DNA of 64,000 nucleotides from assembly GCA_963663965.2 (NCBI GenBank), contig CAXXFK010000024.1:64001-128000 (forward strand), given 5' to 3'. Positions within the stretch are counted from its first letter, which is position 1, and each line of letters opens with the position of its first letter. A program made the position numbers and the translations under genes. Positions 38,844 to 50,063 of this stretch are shown piece by piece. The notes under the pieces were generated by a model, which worked only from the letters and a program-made list of their open reading frames with translations, had not been told where the DNA came from and searched no databases. The stretch is from Sedimentisphaerales bacterium (lineage in GTDB: Bacteria > Planctomycetota > Phycisphaerae > Sedimentisphaerales > SM23-30).

Positions 38844-40226
38844 TTATAAAACCAATTCAAAGCTTTCTTCAGGCGAGGTCCGGTCTTTCTGATCGAGCAG
38901 GGCATTCAAAATCATTTCTAACAATCTTAAGCCACCGGTATAACCCACCGTCGGAAAATAGGAATGACCCACCCGGTCCAGAATCGGGAAGCCATGCCGT
39001 ACGAACGGAATCTGTTCATCCCGCGCGATATATTTGCCATAGGTATTGCCGATTAACAGATCGACCGGTTCCTGTTTGATCCATTGGTGCATCAGGAACA
39101 TATCGGCGCAGTTGCCCTCGGCAATTTTTACTTCGGGCACCCGGTCTCGCAGCGCGTTACGGACCCGTGTAACGAACTTTTTACCGGGAGTGCCAGTCAC
39201 GACATAGACCGGTCGCATATCCAGATCCGCCAGAAATTCACATAAAGGCACCAGTTGATCGGGGTCACCCCAGAGCGCCACGCGTTTACCGGAGAAATAT
39301 TGCTGCATATCACTCATGACATCAATCAGCCGCCCGCGCTGGTCATCTATCTCAACCGGTACCCGTACCCGCGCGGTTTTACGAAGCGCGTCGACAAAAC
39401 GGTCCGTCGCGTTCAGACCAATGGGCAAATCCAGAATCTGGCAGGGCACTTTGCATTTCGCGTCCAGTTGACGGGCAGCCGGCGCCGCTCCCAGTGGCCC
39501 CAACGCCAGCGTCGCGCTGCTACTGCCGGTTTTTTTCAATTCATCAATGGTTACGCCCCCCTTAGGATACATCACGGCCTTTCCGGTCAATGGGGCATCG
39601 AATACATCTGAGGTATCTGGAAACAGGATCGTATCCACCCCCATTAAATAACATAGATGTTTGATCTCTTTCATATCCGATGGCTCCACCCAGCCGCAGG
39701 CGATATTGATAGTACGAAATCGTTCTTCGGAGGGTGTGGCAAAATAATCGATCAATGCCTTGACCATATTGGCATAGCCGGTCACGTGAGAACCCACATA
39801 ACTGGGAGTATTGGCATGAATCACATATTTCCCTTGAGGTATTTTGCCATCATCCTTTGCTTTGGCAGCAATTTGAGGGATGTCATCGCCAATCGTTTCG
39901 GATAAACAGGTGGTATGCACAGCAATCACATCCGGATCGTATATCGTAAACATATTGTCGATTGCCTGCAATAAATTCGATTGACCGCCAAAAACGGATG
40001 ACCCTTCGGTGAATGAACTGGTGGCGGCCATAACCGGCTCTTTATAATGCCGGGTCAGGGTACTGCGATGATAGGCGCAGCATCCCTGTGATCCATGACT
40101 GTGCGGCAGGCAGTTATGAACACCCAGCGCCGCGTACATCGCTCCGATGGGCTGGCAGGTCTTAGCCGGATTGACCGTTAAAGCGGAGCGTTCTTGTATA
40201 TTCGTATCGGTATGCCTTAAGAGCAT
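38844..40226 (-). CDS. nifK: Mo-nitrogenase MoFe protein beta chain
   Basis: Start MLLRHT with AAGGAG RBS; NPAKTCQP, HGSQGCCAYH, TTCLSETIGDD, GFPILDR. Confidence 0.97.
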   Translation of the reverse strand: MLLRHTDTNIQERSALTVNPAKTCQPIGAMYAALGVHNCLPHSHGSQGCCAYHRSTLTRHYKEPVMAATSSFTEGSSVFGGQSNLLQAIDNMFTIYDPDVIAVHTTCLSETIGDDIPQIAAKAKDDGKIPQGKYVIHANTPSYVGSHVTGYANMVKALIDYFATPSEERFRTINIACGWVEPSDMKEIKHLCYLMGVDTILFPDTSDVFDAPLTGKAVMYPKGGVTIDELKKTGSSSATLALGPLGAAPAARQLDAKCKVPCQILDLPIGLNATDRFVDALRKTARVRVPVEIDDQRGRLIDVMSDMQQYFSGKRVALWGDPDQLVPLCEFLADLDMRPVYVVTGTPGKKFVTRVRNALRDRVPEVKIAEGNCADMFLMHQWIKQEPVDLLIGNTYGKYIARDEQIPFVRHGFPILDRVGHSYFPTVGYTGGLRLLEMILNALLDQKDRTSPEESFELVL

Positions 40227-40274
40227 GGTAATCTCCTTGATTATCATAAAAACTAATTAGTTAGATTGATGGAT

Positions 40275-41912
40275 TTAGCGATTGGCATATTCAGCTATCA
40301 GCGCCGGTTCGCTGTTACGCTGCCAGGGAGCTTTTATAAAACTCCAGACCTGACAGTTGACCAGACGATCAATTTCACGATAATAGTTAATCGCGCCTTT
40401 AAATGCGGCGAAAGGTCCGCCATAGTCGTAACTGTGCAATTGCTTGCTCGGAATTCCCATCTTCTGAATGCTGTATTTTTCTTTTATACCCGCACAGAAT
40501 ACATCCGGTTGGTACACTTCAATCAGCTTTTCCATTTCATAATGGCTGATATCATCAATGACTAATGTTTTAGTTGCCATCATGGGCATCATGCCCTCAT
40601 AATCCCGGAAAGTATAACCATCGGTCTCCAGTTTACTCATTTCATCTTCAGTTTTTCGGGGATTATACAACTCCGGATCGGCCTCTATGGTCAGTTCTTC
40701 AATATTGCGGCTGTCGGCATCCAGTTTGATCGTCGGTAATACCCGTCGTCCTTCATAATCATCACGATGGGCAAATTCATAACCGGCGGCAACCGTTTCC
40801 ATACCAATCTCAGCGAACAGTTCCTGATAGTGATGCGCCCGGGAACCGCCTACAAATAGCATGGCTTTCTTGCCTTCACAACGCAACCGGGCTTCTTCCT
40901 GCGCTTCACGCACAGCCACCATCTCTTCGGCAATCACGTTCTCAACCCGCTCGATCAATTCCGGATCGCCAAAATATTCCGCGATTTTCCGCAGGCTTTT
41001 GGCCGTCGCTTCCGCGCCAATAAAATTCACTTTGATCCAGGGTACGCCATATTTCTTTTCGATCATGTCAGCCACATAGTTAATCGAACGGTGGCACATA
41101 ACCGTATTCAGATCAGCCAGTTGCGAACTGGCAAAACCATCGTACGTTGAATTGCCGCTAAAGGTTGACAGCAGGGTGATTCCACATTTTTCCAGTAACT
41201 CTTCTATCACAAAGGCATCGCCGCCAATATTATATTCACCTAAAATATTGATTCGGAATTTACCTTCACGCGCCTCTTCCTTCTTGCCAATCACATGTTT
41301 GAACAACTGGTTATTGGCAATGTGATGGCCGGCAGACTGGCTGACACCTTTATACCCCTCACAACTGAAACCAAAAACATTGATCCCCAGTTTCTTTGAC
41401 ATGGCGGAACATACCTGATGGATATCATCGCCAATCAAACCAACGGGACAGGTCGCAAATACCCCAATCGCTTTGGGTTTAAAACTGTCATAGGCTTCCT
41501 GGATAGCCGTGGCCAGTTTCTTTTCACCACCAAAAATAATCTCATTTTCGGTCATGTCAGTCGAAAAACAATACGTCATGAAATTTTCATCCGTATCGGT
41601 GGGCGGCCTGGTTTGATTACGACGCGTCAGCCAGGAATAAAAACCACAGCCGATCGGCCCATGCGTCAGATTCAAGATATCGCGCGTTGGCCCCAGTACA
41701 ACCCCTTTACATCCGGCATAAGAACAGCCGCGCTGGGTAATAACACCGGGCGTAGTGCGGACATTGGCCTGGATCTCTGGTACGCTACCGTCCTCGGCCA
41801 CTTCATTGATTACTATCTGTTTTGATCGTTTTCGCGCTACTTTGGATGGATAGGTTTTCAGGATTGAATCTTTGATTTCCTGAGGATTTTTATGCTTGGA
41901 GTTTGAATTCAT
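40275..41912 (-). CDS. nifD: Mo-nitrogenase MoFe protein alpha chain (long, insertion-bearing type)
   Basis: RGCSYAGC, HGPIGC, ATCPVG (P-cluster Cys), MCHRS and QLHSYDY (FeMo-co Cys/His), GGSRAHH; 545 aa. Confidence 0.98.
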   Translation of the reverse strand: MNSNSKHKNPQEIKDSILKTYPSKVARKRSKQIVINEVAEDGSVPEIQANVRTTPGVITQRGCSYAGCKGVVLGPTRDILNLTHGPIGCGFYSWLTRRNQTRPPTDTDENFMTYCFSTDMTENEIIFGGEKKLATAIQEAYDSFKPKAIGVFATCPVGLIGDDIHQVCSAMSKKLGINVFGFSCEGYKGVSQSAGHHIANNQLFKHVIGKKEEAREGKFRINILGEYNIGGDAFVIEELLEKCGITLLSTFSGNSTYDGFASSQLADLNTVMCHRSINYVADMIEKKYGVPWIKVNFIGAEATAKSLRKIAEYFGDPELIERVENVIAEEMVAVREAQEEARLRCEGKKAMLFVGGSRAHHYQELFAEIGMETVAAGYEFAHRDDYEGRRVLPTIKLDADSRNIEELTIEADPELYNPRKTEDEMSKLETDGYTFRDYEGMMPMMATKTLVIDDISHYEMEKLIEVYQPDVFCAGIKEKYSIQKMGIPSKQLHSYDYGGPFAAFKGAINYYREIDRLVNCQVWSFIKAPWQRNSEPALIAEYANR

Positions 41913-41924
41913 GGATGCTCTCCT

Positions 41925-42308
41925 TTATAGATTATCATCGATTGCTTTATTATCGTTTTCACCCGTTCGGACACGAATGGCATCGAGAATCGGCTGGACG
42001 AAAATCTTGCCATCGCCGGGATTGCCGGTTTTGTTGACTTCGATCAAAGTCTCTACTACTAATTTGACCCGGTCATCAGGTACAACCAGCGTCAACATCC
42101 GCTTGGGAATCATCTTGGGGCCGGGACCTAACTGGTTGATCGCTTCGTCATATCCCGCCTCAGCGCCTTTCAGCAACAGGTAATCCACTTTACCCTTGCC
42201 GCGTCCCATGACCTTGCGTGCGGTGAGCGAACTGATACCGGCATCGGCCAGAGCCCGTTTGGTTTCATTCATTTTATTCATGCGAATAATCGCCGTGATT
42301 TCTTTCAT
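41925..42308 (-). CDS. nifI2: PII-family nitrogenase regulator NifI2
   Basis: MKEITAIIRMNK, GRGKG, PKRML, TGNPGDGKIFV; lies between nifH and nifD. Confidence 0.92.
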   Translation of the reverse strand: MKEITAIIRMNKMNETKRALADAGISSLTARKVMGRGKGKVDYLLLKGAEAGYDEAINQLGPGPKMIPKRMLTLVVPDDRVKLVVETLIEVNKTGNPGDGKIFVQPILDAIRVRTGENDNKAIDDNL

Positions 42309-42394
42309 TGTTTGAACTCCGTATCACTATCATGCGGCTTTGTTTGTATTGAAATAACTTAATCATAATCATTGAGAGTATCTCAAAATGGGCA

Positions 42395-42721
42395 CTATAA
42401 ACTTGCGCTACCGGAACTGACGGTATATACTTCTTCAACCGGCGAAATAAAGATCTTGCCATCGCCAAATGCCCCCTTGTCACCGGTACGTGCCGCTTTC
42501 ATGATCGTCTCAACCACAAAATCCTTATCTTCCTTACGTACAACTGTGATCAATAACTCCTTGGGGAGTTCATCATAATGGATTTCCCCCACTTTCATCC
42601 CGCGTTGCTTACCGCGGCCATAGACATCCATTTTGGTCACCGCCGGAAAACCGGCATACATTAAAGCGGCCATAACTTCATTCACTTTTTCCGGACGGAC
42701 AATCGCTCTTACCATGATCAT
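42395..42721 (-). CDS. nifI1: PII-family nitrogenase regulator NifI1
   Basis: RAIVRPEK, GRGKQRG, YDELPK, GAFGDGKIF. Confidence 0.93.
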   Translation of the reverse strand: MIMVRAIVRPEKVNEVMAALMYAGFPAVTKMDVYGRGKQRGMKVGEIHYDELPKELLITVVRKEDKDFVVETIMKAARTGDKGAFGDGKIFISPVEEVYTVSSGSASL

Positions 42722-42754
42722 ATTATTAATTCCTTTCTGAGAGTTCTCGCAGGT

Positions 42755-43597
<843 letters not shown>

Positions 43598-43647
43598 TTA
43601 TTGGTCTTGTTACATGTTGCATAAAAACATACACGATTGTATGTATA

Positions 43648-43662
43648 TCAATACCCATGCCA
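43648..43662 (-). promoter_or_regulatory. Sigma54 (-24/-12)-type promoter for nifH
   Basis: TGGCATGGGTATTGA on the minus strand: GG-N10-GA (variant of GG-N10-GC), about 70 nt upstream of the nifH start. Confidence 0.65.
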
Positions 43663-44206
43663 GAAATTTGTCTTTTTCTCGACCCTAAAAATACTTTTTA
43701 TAAAACCACAAATTCCCCGACCCAAAACATCGTTGGCAGAAAAGTTTTTGAATAATAAAAATTTCAGTGATTAACTTCCAGCGTAATGCCCTCTTCATTC
43801 GCTAATGAATCCATTGTGAAGTATTTGTAATAATCCGCAATTTCCCAAAACAAACCTTACCACAACAAATACTTAACATACCAATTAACAGTATGTTACA
43901 TTAATTATGCCAATAATTTCACTACCAAATCCAATAAATGAAATTTTTGTAATGAAGCGATTGCTCACCCTTTACACTTCAAATCTCGTATTAATTTCGA
44001 AAAACTTATGACCAACCGTAATAAAAATTGAGCCCCTGAAGATCAACTGCTATTCCTTAAGAGATTTTCTTAGGAAACATCCGATGAATAAACCTGATGA
44101 GGATTATTTAATTCCCAACCAGAGTATCATCGATGAATGGGACGAATGGATGGATAAATTCTAATAACCGGATTATCCTTAGTATAAATTTATGGACAAT
44201 CTCAAT

Positions 44207-45232
44207 TTAATAGCCATCATGCGCCCAATCCACTTTCCCTTTAAATATACGATAGATAAAGAACGTATAAATCAGAACCACAGGCACACCGCTCATGGCG
44301 ATTAAGAACATAACTTTCAATGTCGGTAACGTTGAACTGGAATTGAATATGGTAAGACTGTAGTCCAGATTGATACTGGATGGCAATAATTTCGGGAAAA
44401 GCGCTACACCACACATCGCCAGAATCGATAACAACATGGTACATGAACTCAAAAACGCCAACAAAGGATTCCCTTTTTTCGTAGCAGTTGATATATATAA
44501 TGTTGAAGCCAGAAATAGAATAAAGAACAGCCAGTATAATGGTTGCCTGAATAAATTAGAGAATAAATATTTACTGGCAAAAAAGCTGGCTATCATCATG
44601 ATCACATAGAGCGATACAAACAACATCCAACTGACCGCAATCCAGCGACTAAATTGATGCCCCGGTTCTTTGCCGTATTTCATATTCAAATACAATCCAC
44701 CATGAAGGGCAAACGCAACCAGGCTGACGACGCCTCCCAACAAGGCGTATGGATTCAGCAAACCTAAAAACGATCCGGTATAGGTGCCCGACTCATCAAT
44801 CGGAATACCCTGGATGACATTTGCCAATGCCACCCCCACCAGCAATGCCGGTATCAGGCTCGATACCCCAAATGCAATATCCCAGAAGCCGGCCCAGAAC
44901 GGAGCGGTCATTTTCAGGCGGAACTCGATCGAGATCGCCCGGAAAATCAGTCCCAGTAATAAAAGCATAAATGCCAGGTAAAACGAACTGAAAAGGGTGG
45001 CATAAACAGGTGGGAAAGCCGCAAAAAGCGCTCCGCCTCCTGTGAGCAGCCATACTTCATTACCATCCCAGAATGGGGCAATGGCGCGCAGATATTGTTT
45101 CTTTTTCTCTTTATCCCGGGTAAACAGATGAACGATTCCAACCCCCAGGTCAAAACCATCCAGAATTGCATAGCCGGTTATGAGGACAAAAAACAAAACA
45201 TACCATACTATCTGTAATCCGGTTAATGTCAT
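44207..45232 (-). CDS. cydB: Cytochrome bd ubiquinol oxidase subunit II
   Basis: ILDGFDLGVG, PFWDGNEVWL, FAAFP, LLNPY, SLTIFN. Confidence 0.96.
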   Translation of the reverse strand: MTLTGLQIVWYVLFFVLITGYAILDGFDLGVGIVHLFTRDKEKKKQYLRAIAPFWDGNEVWLLTGGGALFAAFPPVYATLFSSFYLAFMLLLLGLIFRAISIEFRLKMTAPFWAGFWDIAFGVSSLIPALLVGVALANVIQGIPIDESGTYTGSFLGLLNPYALLGGVVSLVAFALHGGLYLNMKYGKEPGHQFSRWIAVSWMLFVSLYVIMMIASFFASKYLFSNLFRQPLYWLFFILFLASTLYISTATKKGNPLLAFLSSCTMLLSILAMCGVALFPKLLPSSINLDYSLTIFNSSSTLPTLKVMFLIAMSGVPVVLIYTFFIYRIFKGKVDWAHDGY

Positions 45233-45299
45233 ACATCAAACTCCATGGTTCTTACTGCTCCGTGAAAGTAGCAGACAGATATAATATTCATATCATCTA

Positions 45300-46643
45300 T
45301 TAATTATCGGCGGCTATCGTTGCTTTTCCGGCTTTAATGGTTTCTTGACGCAAAAGATAAATATAAAGAATTAACAAAAACAGGTAAATTGCACTGAACA
45401 TAATCAATGAAAACAGAACATGCTCCGCCGGAACCGTTGGAGAAAACGCATCGCGAGTTTTCAGTACCCGATACACAATCCAGGGCTGCCGACCCACTTC
45501 CGCGGCCATCCAACCCAATTGAGTCGCCAGGACTGGCAGTGGGAGACAAAGGGTAAGTCCCCACAAATAAAGATTATCAAGCACTTTATTACGCCAGAGC
45601 CATTTAAGAATCAACATACCCAGACCGGCCGCCGTCATAAAGATGAAAAATCCACCCAGCACCACCATTAAATGGAATGAATAAAATGTTAACGCAAGTG
45701 GCGGTTCTTCATCATCAGGAAAGGCATCCAGCCCCTGCACCGTTGCTTTGGTATCCCCAAATGCCAGCCAGCTGAGACCGCCGGGAATTCCAACTTTCGC
45801 AAAATATTTCCGTTCAGCCTGATTGACCAGACCAAATACCAATAACGGCGCGTTCTCCTGGGTCGATTCCAACCCTTCCATGGCGGCCAGTTTCTCTGGC
45901 TGGGTCTTGGCCACCTGCTGGGCATGATGATGTCCAAAAGGCACGGCTACTAATACAGAATTAATAAATCCAATAACCAGAGCCGATACCAGCGCCTTAC
46001 GAAATAGCTTCGATTCGCGATTTTTACGAACCAGCCAGGCGGAAATTCCAGTAACAAAAAACGCGCCACAGACCAGACAGGCCGTCAGCGTATGAAAAAA
46101 ACGAATCCACATGGAATCGTTGAATACGGCTTCAGCAAAGCTGGTAAGTTCTGCCCGGCCATTAACCACTTCGAAACCAGCGGGCGTCTGCATCCAGGAA
46201 TTCGCTACCAGAATCCAGAATGCCGAGATGGTCGCCCCCAGGGCTACCATCAGACAACTGAACCAATGCGCCCCGCGTGAAATCTTGTTCCGGCCAAATA
46301 GATACAAACCCATAAAACTGGATTCGAGAAAAAAGGCGAAAACTGCTTCTGCGGCCAGCGGAGCGCCAAAAATATCCCCGACAAATCGAGAATATTCCGA
46401 CCAGTTCGTCCCAAACTGAAACTCCATGACAATACCTGTTGCCACTCCAATGACAAATGTTATGGCCAGTAATTTGGCAAATAACCTGGCGATTTTTTCA
46501 TAATCCTGGTCTTTACCCAGCCATGCCCGCCCTTCAAACCATACCAGCATCCAGGCCAATCCAATGGAAATTGGGGGAAAAATAAAATGAAATCCAATCG
46601 TAACAGCAAATTGTAAACGAGAAAGAAATAGAGTGTCCATCAT
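45300..46643 (-). CDS. cydA: Cytochrome bd ubiquinol oxidase subunit I
   Basis: LSRLQFA, FHFIF, FQFGTNW, RFFH, QPEKLAAMEG, FHLM, GWMAAEVGRQPW. Confidence 0.97.
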   Translation of the reverse strand: MMDTLFLSRLQFAVTIGFHFIFPPISIGLAWMLVWFEGRAWLGKDQDYEKIARLFAKLLAITFVIGVATGIVMEFQFGTNWSEYSRFVGDIFGAPLAAEAVFAFFLESSFMGLYLFGRNKISRGAHWFSCLMVALGATISAFWILVANSWMQTPAGFEVVNGRAELTSFAEAVFNDSMWIRFFHTLTACLVCGAFFVTGISAWLVRKNRESKLFRKALVSALVIGFINSVLVAVPFGHHHAQQVAKTQPEKLAAMEGLESTQENAPLLVFGLVNQAERKYFAKVGIPGGLSWLAFGDTKATVQGLDAFPDDEEPPLALTFYSFHLMVVLGGFFIFMTAAGLGMLILKWLWRNKVLDNLYLWGLTLCLPLPVLATQLGWMAAEVGRQPWIVYRVLKTRDAFSPTVPAEHVLFSLIMFSAIYLFLLILYIYLLRQETIKAGKATIAADN

Positions 46644-46881
46644 ACGCTAAACCATTTCTGTAAGTAGACTTAAAATACCATTCATACTATCATTCGCCAT
46701 CAAGGTATATTATCTGCGCACTAAAATATGGAAAATTATAGCCTTTGATCACAAATAAAGTTGCCAAAAAAAGAAAAAAACATCAAATTTTGTCCATTCT
46801 CAATATCCAAGAAACAATATCTGCTCCAGACCAATTTTTGTAACTCCATCCAGCGAGCACTTAATCAGGCCAACGATGTTT

Positions 46882-48120
46882 TTACTCATTAAAAGAATCC
46901 GGTACACTGCCGGATATTTCATTTGTAAGGGGCAAAGTAAAACAGAAACAGGCGCCACTCCCGGCGCCATCGGATTCAGTCCAGATACGCCCGCCATAAA
47001 ATTGCACAATACGTCTTACCATCGTTAATCCCACGCCTATACCCGGTATTTCAGGGTTTAACTGTTCAAATAATTTAAATATCCGCTCATGATACTGGGG
47101 AACGATTCCGCTACCATAATCTTTAATATAAAAGTAAAGTTCAGGTTTCTTCTCGATTCCAATTTCAATGAAGACCTTTCCATCCTCATCTTTGCCATAT
47201 TTGATCGCATTTTCTACCAGATTCTGAAAGACTTTAACGATTCGTTTTCGTTCAGCATAAACCCCGGGAAACTCCTGATCAAGCTTGAATTGAATGAATT
47301 CTTGATCGCAACTATCTTTAAAGGATAAAATTACATTCTGAATCAGTTCTCTCATATCAAGCCATTCAAACGGTGTCACTTTGCGGCCGATTCTCGACAA
47401 TTCCAAAATTTCATGCAACAACGCATCCATACGATCTGTTGCCTCAACCACAAACTGCATTGCCCCGTCAATTTTATCTAACTCCTGATTTTTCAGATAT
47501 TCCAGCAATAATCCCAGATGCCCGCGTATGGTAATCAAAGGGCTCTTCATTTCATGCGAAACCGTATAAATAAATTCCTCTAATTCGGCGTTTTGCTGTT
47601 CCAGTTTCAAAACCATTTTTTCGCGTTCGGTTTCATATCGTTGACGATGCTCAATTTCCTGCTTCAATAATACGTTTCGATCTTCCAATTCCCGGGTACG
47701 TTCCTGTACCAGACTTTCCAGATGTACCTTATCATTTTCCAATAATCGATTCTGATAGTTACGTTCCAGTATCACGGCCAGCATGCCAATGGCATTTTGA
47801 ATCAAAGATTCTATTTCGTCAGACAAACGGCTCGGAGGACACTGAACGGCGAGCCAGCCATAATGTGACTTCATCGTAGCGATTTCATAAACTCGTCCAT
47901 GAGGTTCTACTGGATCAAATTTACTGTAGGTAACCTTAAGTCCCTCAACAAAACCATCGACCGCCTGCGAAAATATTTTTAGTATTAAGGCATCATCGCG
48001 TATCTGTGTCAAATTGATCATTAATAGAAACAAATCATGTGCTACCCGATTCAGTACTTCCGTATCCTTACTGAAAGCATCAAATATTGGATCCTCAAAT
48101 GATTTGAAAGGTTCACTCAT
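46882..48120 (-). CDS. Cytoplasmic sensor histidine kinase
   Basis: VSHEMKSPL H-box, VFQNLVENAIKY, DYGSGI, FKLFEQL, GVGL; overlaps the MEDS gene stop (alternative start 48126). Confidence 0.9.
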   Translation of the reverse strand: MSEPFKSFEDPIFDAFSKDTEVLNRVAHDLFLLMINLTQIRDDALILKIFSQAVDGFVEGLKVTYSKFDPVEPHGRVYEIATMKSHYGWLAVQCPPSRLSDEIESLIQNAIGMLAVILERNYQNRLLENDKVHLESLVQERTRELEDRNVLLKQEIEHRQRYETEREKMVLKLEQQNAELEEFIYTVSHEMKSPLITIRGHLGLLLEYLKNQELDKIDGAMQFVVEATDRMDALLHEILELSRIGRKVTPFEWLDMRELIQNVILSFKDSCDQEFIQFKLDQEFPGVYAERKRIVKVFQNLVENAIKYGKDEDGKVFIEIGIEKKPELYFYIKDYGSGIVPQYHERIFKLFEQLNPEIPGIGVGLTMVRRIVQFYGGRIWTESDGAGSGACFCFTLPLTNEISGSVPDSFNE

Positions 48121-48781
48121 TGACATCCAATCTGTTTAGAAATTGGGGGGCGTTCTCTCGAAGCCAGACATCAGGATCCTGGTAATAAGGATTCTTGGTG
48201 ATAACACCCCCGCTGATGGTAAAGGGATGAGTTTTTAAAACATTCATGATTGTTGCGCCGTCAAATCTGGTCACATTATACAAACAGATACTAATCCAGG
48301 GTTTCCCGGGAATAAAATAATTCAGACGGGATTCGTATGCCATTAAATGCTCAATACCCGGCACGGATTCCAGGGCCCAGACCATTTCGGCGGTTGCCCG
48401 GATATTTCGGGGGCCATATTGCTGACTTGCCTGAAAAAAATTACCCAAACCTTCGTCCATCGCCCAGGGCGAAAAAACACCGTCCGGATAGTATAATTCA
48501 CGTGTTGAATAAAATTGAAAACAATTACCATCATCCAACTCTGTGCAATTGCTATTCTTAAAACTCCGTTGGTATTCTTTTCGAAAATTGGCTTCAGTCC
48601 GTTCTGCCGGGCAATAGAACTGCAAGTCGCCATCGAGATACCCCTGATGTAAAAATCCCATAAGGATCTCATCCCGTTCTTTTTCAGTCTCATACAGACC
48701 ACAAAAATGAACACCCCAATTACAGCGATAATTTCCAAATCCGAGTCCCAACTCCTGCTGATGTGATGTGTTAATATACAT
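48113..48781 (-). CDS. Stand-alone MEDS (DcmR-like sensory) domain protein
   Basis: GVHFCGLY, IRATAEMVW, YESRLN, ICLYNVTRFDG...VLKTHP...NPYY pattern typical of MEDS domains. Confidence 0.82.
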   Translation of the reverse strand: MYINTSHQQELGLGFGNYRCNWGVHFCGLYETEKERDEILMGFLHQGYLDGDLQFYCPAERTEANFRKEYQRSFKNSNCTELDDGNCFQFYSTRELYYPDGVFSPWAMDEGLGNFFQASQQYGPRNIRATAEMVWALESVPGIEHLMAYESRLNYFIPGKPWISICLYNVTRFDGATIMNVLKTHPFTISGGVITKNPYYQDPDVWLRENAPQFLNRLDVNE

Positions 48782-49190
48782 AAAATACCCCCTAATATAT
48801 TATACTCTGTGTTTCTGTATTTATTATATCGTATTATTATATGCTTATTTTTACTGTTCAAGTGTTTAATTATTTATTTCAATAAAAATATTTATCATAT
48901 TCACCCTTTCAAAACACTGATAAAACATCAAACATTATCATAAATTCATATTTCCCCATTATTTTGCCATTTTTTTATTGGGGGCAAACACTGAATGTCA
49001 TAAAAAACAACCTTATCTTACTGGATATAAATCACTTAGAAACAAAACATCCTTTATCCGAAAAGATCGATGCCATTCAATTCGATAGTAATAATTCAAT
49101 CACATCATTGGTTAGTACCCAAATTACATTTTACCACCATTTTCAAATGTTTTTCTTTACTATGGACCTGAAATTGGCTCTACTGTCCCC

Positions 49191-50054
49191 ATGCTAAAGT
49201 TTATATCTGGCTTAATCATTGGACTAGTATTGACAGCCTTGGTCTTTTGGCGCTTATTTCGTCGTCTCACCAAAGGTTACGAACGCCAAAAGAAATCTCT
49301 TCTGGAGCGGGCGCGCCGGGCAGAAAAAAAAGCCGAACTCAGCGATCTAACCGGCAACCTTGCCCATGAAATCCGCAATCCTTTATCGATAATCAAAGTC
49401 AATATGCAATTACTGATCGAACAAGTCGAGTACATGCTGAAAGATGCGCGCACTGAAAATGGAATCGATTTAAGTCGAATTGATGATCCTGAACGCAAGT
49501 TGAAACGTCAGTTGAGAAAACTCGAAACCGTTATGGGTGAAGCGGATCGCCTGGCTAATACCCTGAACGACTTTCTAAGTTTTGCCGGAAAAATAGAACT
49601 GCATCCGGTCCGTCAGGACATTAACGAACTAATCACGGATCTGATTGATTTTTACGAGCCTCAGGCTTATGAAAACAAAGTCCAATTACGTGTCAGCCTG
49701 TCAACTGGACCGCTTTTTTGCCGCATCGATCCTGATCACATTAAACAAGCCATCCTGAATCTGCTGATCAATGCCGTGCAAGCCATGACTAATGGTGGTG
49801 GAGAATTAATGATTCAGAGCCGAACGATGGATAATATGATTCAAATCAATATTACCGATACCGGCCCTGGTATCCCTGCCGATATTCAAGATAAAATTTT
49901 TAATCCTTATTTCACTACTCGTTCAGGGGGGACCGGTTTGGGCCTACCTACTTGCCGAAGAATCATAGAAGCACACAACGGCCATATTGACATATTCAGT
50001 GAACCTGGCAAAGGAACGCGATTTACGATCGTGTTACCCCTCCTGCTGGAATAG
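49191..50054 (+). CDS. Membrane-anchored histidine kinase
   Basis: N-terminal TM segment; LAHEIRNPL, NLLINAVQA, DTGPGI, FNPYFTT, GTGLGL. Confidence 0.92.
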   Translation: MLKFISGLIIGLVLTALVFWRLFRRLTKGYERQKKSLLERARRAEKKAELSDLTGNLAHEIRNPLSIIKVNMQLLIEQVEYMLKDARTENGIDLSRIDDPERKLKRQLRKLETVMGEADRLANTLNDFLSFAGKIELHPVRQDINELITDLIDFYEPQAYENKVQLRVSLSTGPLFCRIDPDHIKQAILNLLINAVQAMTNGGGELMIQSRTMDNMIQINITDTGPGIPADIQDKIFNPYFTTRSGGTGLGLPTCRRIIEAHNGHIDIFSEPGKGTRFTIVLPLLLE

Positions 50055-50063
50055 TGCAACAGG

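Noticed and set aside
36040..41912. Alternative (V/Fe) nitrogenase
   Set aside because: No vnfG/anfG between D and K, nifEN are present, and NifD motifs match the Mo type.
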